In this document: in pieces, positions 24,452 through 28,909 of the stretch
How positions within the stretch are numbered: the first letter of the stretch is position 1
Layout: each line of letters starts with the position of its first letter
DNA from: a virus
Lineage: Duplodnaviria > Caudoviricetes
DNA: 28,909 nucleotides
IMG/VR virus record: IMGVR_UViG_3300028829_002872
Coordinates: 1 to 28,909 of that record
Strand: one strand, 5' to 3'
The notes under the pieces: model-generated
Told to the model about the DNA's origin: nothing
Databases searched by the model: none
Seen by the model: only the letters and a program-made list of their open reading frames with translations
Program-made: the position numbers and the translations under genes

Positions 24452-24535
24452 GGGACGGTGGTGGAATTGGTAGACACACCAGACTTAAAATCTGTTGGCA
24501 TTCGTGCCGTGAGGGTTCAAGTCCCTCTCGTCCTA
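24452..24535 (+). tRNA. trnL: tRNA-Leu (UAA), intron-less, CCA not encoded
   Basis: Acceptor stem GGGACGG/TCGTCCT+A, D-loop GGAATTGGTAGAC, anticodon loop CTTAAAA, long variable arm GGCA-TTCG-TGCC, T-arm GAGGG-TTCAAGT-CCCTC. Confidence 0.95.
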
Positions 24536-24601
24536 TATTTTGTCTCCGTAAATATCTTGTTTTATAACGGAAAAATTCTGATAAATAAAGGGTTTTTGTT
24601 G

Positions 24602-24609
24602 TATAAATA
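24602..24609 (+). promoter_or_regulatory. T4-type late promoter
   Basis: Exact TATAAATA 35 nt before the ATG at 24645. A second GATAAATA lies at 24580-24587. Confidence 0.8.
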
Positions 24610-24644
24610 AATTCAGGATATCCAAGCGCTCGGAGATAATACAC

Positions 24645-27600
24645 ATGGCTCTAACAAGAGTAACCTCAGGTGGAATTGCACCTGGTGTTGAGATTAAATT
24701 TAATGCCCAAAACGAACCTCAGATGACAGGTAATTTACCTGCTGTCAGCTTTAATGGGGATACTGACACTGGTATGTATCAGTCAGGCGCAAATGAAATT
24801 TCGTTTGCAACTGCAGGAATTAAGAGATTTACCATTGGTGCAGATGGTAAACTAAAGACATATAGAGATGCAACTGATACAGCCGGTAGTATTGTTGGTG
24901 GTACTAACCCAGACTTTGATAATGCAACAAATATCATGTTGTATGTCAATCAGTCTGACTTAAATTCAACTGACTCGATTAGTAATACTGGTGGTAATGT
25001 AAACACTCCTTTCAAAACTATTGAGAGAGCACTTCTTGAAGCCGCTAGAAGAAGTTATGTAGCTGATACAGGAAGTAGTAACCCCGGCGCTGGTGGTGAT
25101 CACGAAAATGACAGATTTGAAGCATATACCATTATGGTTATGCCTGGTGATTACACAGTTGACAACAGACCAGGTGTTATTGGTACTTCAAACCTAACTT
25201 TCAGTACATTTGAAAATGAACTTTATAAGTTCAACCCTAAGAATGGTGGTATTGTCGTTCCTCGCGGTACTTCAGTTATTGGTTATGATTTAAGAAAAAC
25301 TGTTATTAGACCAAAATTCGTTCCTAACCCATCATCGACTCTGGGCGCAGATACTGGTGATCAGGTTGGTGCAGCATATCAATCAAACTCGGTTACGCTT
25401 GATGCTGCAAATATGATCGAGAAGGCGCGCGGATATATTGTAGAACAGGCTTTCCTTGCTGCTGATGCACAGTTTCCCACTGTACTTAAAATTAACTCTA
25501 CGTGTCAAAGAGACATCGGTCTAGTTGTTGACGCATGGATTGCTGACCTTCGTGAAGGTGGTAACGAAAATACGTTTATTGCTGGTGAGAGATATACAAA
25601 CGGTGTTGCTTTACAACATGTAACTGGAACTAACGAAAAAGCTGCTACATTATGGGCAATTGACTATGCAATGACAGTTGCTATTAAAGCTGCTCATACA
25701 TTTGGTTCTGGATATACACATACTTCAGTTTCTGGTAGTACAGTTGCACAACCAACATATACTTCTGGTGTAGACTATACAGCAGGTGGTGGAGATTGTT
25801 CTAGTATTGATACTGGTCTTGCAGCACTTGGTGGTGCTGTTAGTGGACCTTCTTCAGTATCTGCTGATGGTGTTTTTGCAATCATCCTCAATAACCCAGA
25901 TACTTATACCACCCTGGTTGAGAAGACTCCTGGTGTATATGAGAGAACTGCAATATTTAAGGTAACTGGTGGTTGCTACTTCTGGCAGATGACCTTTAAG
26001 GATGCAAAAACAGCTCCTGCAAATGGTGTTACATATTCATCTGGTATTCCAACATTCGCAACTGCTGCGGACGCTGCATATTCTCACCATAGAGTTGTTT
26101 CATTCACATATGCAGACCAAAGAACTGCTGATGGTGAACTTGAAACATATTACAAAAAGATTGACCACTGGGATACAACCCTTGATGGTGGTAATACAAG
26201 AAAAGCAAGAAGAGAAGAATTTGAAATTGTTGGCGATAGAACTCTAAGTACAACTATTGACACTGTTAATGGTTGTTCTCCTTATATCTTTAACTGCTCG
26301 CTACGTTCTGTTTTCGGACTTTGCGGTATGCATACTGATGGTAGTAAAGTCTCTGAGAAGAGCTTTAAATCCATGGTTGTTGCACAGTTTACGGGCATTT
26401 CACTACAAAGAGATAATAACGCATTCTGGCAACCAAAAGACCCAGAAGGTGATCCAAATAACACTACATACAATGATCCAACTGGTACTACAAATCCACC
26501 AATTTATGCAGATCCGGATGCACAATATCGTCCATCTTGGAGACACTTCCACATTAAAGCAACAGACGGTGCTTTCATTCAGGTAGTTTCGGTCTTTGCT
26601 GTTGGTTATGCAGACCAGTTCTTGTCAGAGAGTGGTGGTGATATGTCAATCACTAACTCTAACTCTAACTTTGGTCAAATTTCGCTTCGTGCAAAAGGAT
26701 CTCAGGCTCAGTCATTTGCTCCTGCAGCACAAGGTAAAATCACTGCTATCATTCCACCTAGAGGTATCTCTTCTACAGTATCTACTGCAGAATTTTACGC
26801 AATTGACTATAATACAACTTGGCAAAAGAATGATCAGCCAGACAAAAATTTCAATGCCGGTGCTGTAGCAACATTTACATCTAATCAAAACAAATTCAGA
26901 ATATATCTTGATATTGGTGGTCTAAGTAGCGAAGGTGATATTCCAGAACTTATTGTTGACGCATATGATCATACGACTAACTCAACAGTAACTAAGAGAT
27001 TCTTAAACTTTGGTAGCAATAATAATTATAATCTTTTCAGAGATTATTATAACACTACTGGTGTTTCTGCTGCTTCGGAAGCTAAAATTCAAACTGTTGT
27101 TGAGACAGAAGATGGTGGTACAACAAAATATACAGCAAGACTTGCTATAAATGGTGAAACTACATCAGAAACAGCAGGTGAAAATGCAGAAAGGCAAGGT
27201 TATTTCTGGGATGCTACGGTCAATAAAATTTATATAAAAGTAGATGCTGCTGATTCTGCAACTGATGCTTTTCTAACAAACTTTATATTTGCAACAACAA
27301 CTGAAGCAGTCTTTACGACTACTGAAAAAACAAACCCAGATGGATCTATCTCAATTATTACTGGTACTAGTGAAATCACTGTACTGCAGTACTTCGATGG
27401 ATTCCCATCAACTCTAACAACTTCTAAGTATCTTGATAGTCGCGCTGCATCTCCATCCGATCTATTGTGGAGAGTTGAGTATACAATTCCTAAAGCATCT
27501 CAAACTATTCCAAAACCACCTGAAAAGAGATTTATCATCAAGGGTACTAGATTAGATAATGATGGTACTGGAATGCCTTATACAGATTTCAGATTCCAGG

Positions 27601-28909
27601 TATACGATGTCGAGGAAGTAACTGCATGGGAATATAACGTAAGAGATGGCGTCTACTATCTAACAATTATTAGATCTGACGTTAATACATTCATGTATGG
27701 TACTGATAATAATTCGGAAACAATTACCAGAAGACCTCTAGAAAATAATTCAACATCATTTACTATCAATGTTGTTGAAGGTCTCAATCTATTCGATAAG
27801 AATACTAGAGTATCTTCCAATATTAACTACCTATATCCATCTGTCAATGAGGAAGGTCCAACTTATGATATCAGAAAGATCTGGAACCCACCACAGTCAG
27901 ATTCTCGTGTTCTAGTTGAAGCTATTGGTAGTGGTAAGAGAGTCAAGGATCTATCTGTTCCTAACGCATCTTTCTTCTATTCTGGAACTGCTACTACTCC
28001 ATTCAAAGAAGTTCCATCAATGACTTCTGTGACTGCTGAAGCATGTCATAGACTTGTACAGTCATTAGACTTGAGATATGCAGGGTCTACATCTTCTTCT
28101 ACTACTATACCTGTTATTGCTCCTGTTGTTTCTTGGGATGCTAGAAGTGGTTATAGTGACCATACAACTTCTGATGTAAGTATTTACGGTACTGGTTCTT
28201 TCCGTCGTGGCTCTAATGGTTTATTAACAACTATTTCTTCTACAGTTAGTCAAAATACATTCGGTATTAATGGTGAATCAAATGAGAGAAGAATTGTTGT
28301 CGTAGAAAAAGATAAGATTTACACAGCACCATCCGAAACAGATACTTTATCAATTACTAACGCATCACCAACTGTTCCTCTCTTCAGACCATCTATCTTA
28401 CGTGCTTCTTCACATACTTGGGAATATGTCGGTCTTGGTTCTGGTAACTATTCAACTGGTTTCCCCAACCTACAGACTAGAGTTCTTAAGGCTTATGAAC
28501 AGTTCATTGCACAGGGTTATGAGAACGCTGGTGGTTTCGTTGCATCTTCCGGTACAAACTCTAACGGTGATTTCTATATTGGTTCACAGGTTGTTCAAGC
28601 AGGTGGTACTTCAACCATTACATTGAACGTTCCTAAGGTTCGTAAGTCATCCGAGTCTAACTATGTTGACATTACCAACCTAGAAAATAGAATCTCTAAC
28701 GCAGTTGTTAACGTTACTGCAACAACCGCTAAAAACAGTGCTGGTCAATCTGCACTCAAAGCGTTATCTAACTTCTTCAATACTGCGAAACTTAGTGTTA
28801 CCGATAGAGCAACTATCCAGAACCTCATTGTTAATGAGAGACTCTACATTGCAAGTACTAGAATTGCTAATGGTGAGAAATTCCCAGAAGCAAACCAGGA
28901 AGCATTTGG
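24645..28909 (+). CDS. Giant virion structural / tail-fibre protein (3'-truncated, over 1420 aa; absent from ORF track)
   Basis: GGAG Shine-Dalgarno and ATG at 24645. Reads MALTRVTSGG...PAVSFNGDTDTGMY...LYVNQSDLNSTDSISNTG...PFKTIERALLEAAR.SY...PRGTS..G.DLRKT.IRP.FVP.P...IFKVTGGCYFWQ.TF.D...KSMVVAQFTGISLQRD. The same frame is still coding at the window end (RIANGEKFPEANQEAFG). Confidence 0.9.
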   Translation, partial: MALTRVTSGGIAPGVEIKFNAQNEPQMTGNLPAVSFNGDTDTGMYQSGANEISFATAGIKRFTIGADGKLKTYRDATDTAGSIVGGTNPDFDNATNIMLYVNQSDLNSTDSISNTGGNVNTPFKTIERALLEAARRSYVADTGSSNPGAGGDHENDRFEAYTIMVMPGDYTVDNRPGVIGTSNLTFSTFENELYKFNPKNGGIVVPRGTSVIGYDLRKTVIRPKFVPNPSSTLGADTGDQVGAAYQSNSVTLDAANMIEKARGYIVEQAFLAADAQFPTVLKINSTCQRDIGLVVDAWIADLREGGNENTFIAGERYTNGVALQHVTGTNEKAATLWAIDYAMTVAIKAAHTFGSGYTHTSVSGSTVAQPTYTSGVDYTAGGGDCSSIDTGLAALGGAVSGPSSVSADGVFAIILNNPDTYTTLVEKTPGVYERTAIFKVTGGCYFWQMTFKDAKTAPANGVTYSSGIPTFATAADAAYSHHRVVSFTYADQRTADGELETYYKKIDHWDTTLDGGNTRKARREEFEIVGDRTLSTTIDTVNGCSPYIFNCSLRSVFGLCGMHTDGSKVSEKSFKSMVVAQFTGISLQRDNNAFWQPKDPEGDPNNTTYNDPTGTTNPPIYADPDAQYRPSWRHFHIKATDGAFIQVVSVFAVGYADQFLSESGGDMSITNSNSNFGQISLRAKGSQAQSFAPAAQGKITAIIPPRGISSTVSTAEFYAIDYNTTWQKNDQPDKNFNAGAVATFTSNQNKFRIYLDIGGLSSEGDIPELIVDAYDHTTNSTVTKRFLNFGSNNNYNLFRDYYNTTGVSAASEAKIQTVVETEDGGTTKYTARLAINGETTSETAGENAERQGYFWDATVNKIYIKVDAADSATDAFLTNFIFATTTEAVFTTTEKTNPDGSISIITGTSEITVLQYFDGFPSTLTTSKYLDSRAASPSDLLWRVEYTIPKASQTIPKPPEKRFIIKGTRLDNDGTGMPYTDFRFQVYDVEEVTAWEYNVRDGVYYLTIIRSDVNTFMYGTDNNSETITRRPLENNSTSFTINVVEGLNLFDKNTRVSSNINYLYPSVNEEGPTYDIRKIWNPPQSDSRVLVEAIGSGKRVKDLSVPNASFFYSGTATTPFKEVPSMTSVTAEACHRLVQSLDLRYAGSTSSSTTIPVIAPVVSWDARSGYSDHTTSDVSIYGTGSFRRGSNGLLTTISSTVSQNTFGINGESNERRIVVVEKDKIYTAPSETDTLSITNASPTVPLFRPSILRASSHTWEYVGLGSGNYSTGFPNLQTRVLKAYEQFIAQGYENAGGFVASSGTNSNGDFYIGSQVVQAGGTSTITLNVPKVRKSSESNYVDITNLENRISNAVVNVTATTAKNSAGQSALKALSNFFNTAKLSVTDRATIQNLIVNERLYIASTRIANGEKFPEANQEAF

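Noticed and set aside
24379-24567. ORFs 24379-24567 (+) and 24369-24644 (-)
   Set aside because: They overlap the tRNA-Leu and its structured leader and are not credible proteins.
26002-28626. Short ORFs called at 26002, 26257, 26282, 26596 and 28402
   Set aside because: They are alternative-frame fragments inside the giant CDS that starts at 24645.

Overview
This window is a 28.9 kb piece of a T4-like marine cyanophage (cyanomyovirus) genome. It is AT-rich, densely coded and mostly on the + strand. In order it carries: (1) purine-biosynthesis auxiliary genes (purS, purC, purM) with small ORFs between them; (2) the conserved nucleotide-metabolism and replication block (glutaredoxin, RNase H, thyX, a denV-like glycosylase, phoH, a PD-(D/E)XK exonuclease, gp33, gp59, gp32) ending at a bidirectional terminator; (3) a baseplate/tail module (gp53 and gp48 on the minus strand, then gp4, gp2, gp54-like, gp26, gp51-like, two paralogous tape-measure-like proteins with M23 and GH19 domains, gp27-like, cp12, gp5); (4) a small sigma70-promoted islet with tRNA-Leu(UAA); (5) the first ~1420 codons of a giant virion/tail-fibre gene that the ORF track misses. 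The most interesting observation is a perfect -1 slippery heptamer (T TTT TTC) at the gp26 stop. It opens into the gp51-like frame directly upstream of the tape-measure-like gene, which is the lambda G/GT tail-chaperone frameshift arrangement. Also notable: gp53 lacks a usable start codon and overlaps gp48, an 18-bp direct repeat brackets an ORF in the pur cluster, and the gp32 and tRNA leaders look structured. All calls come from reading motifs and gene order by eye; no database search was run.
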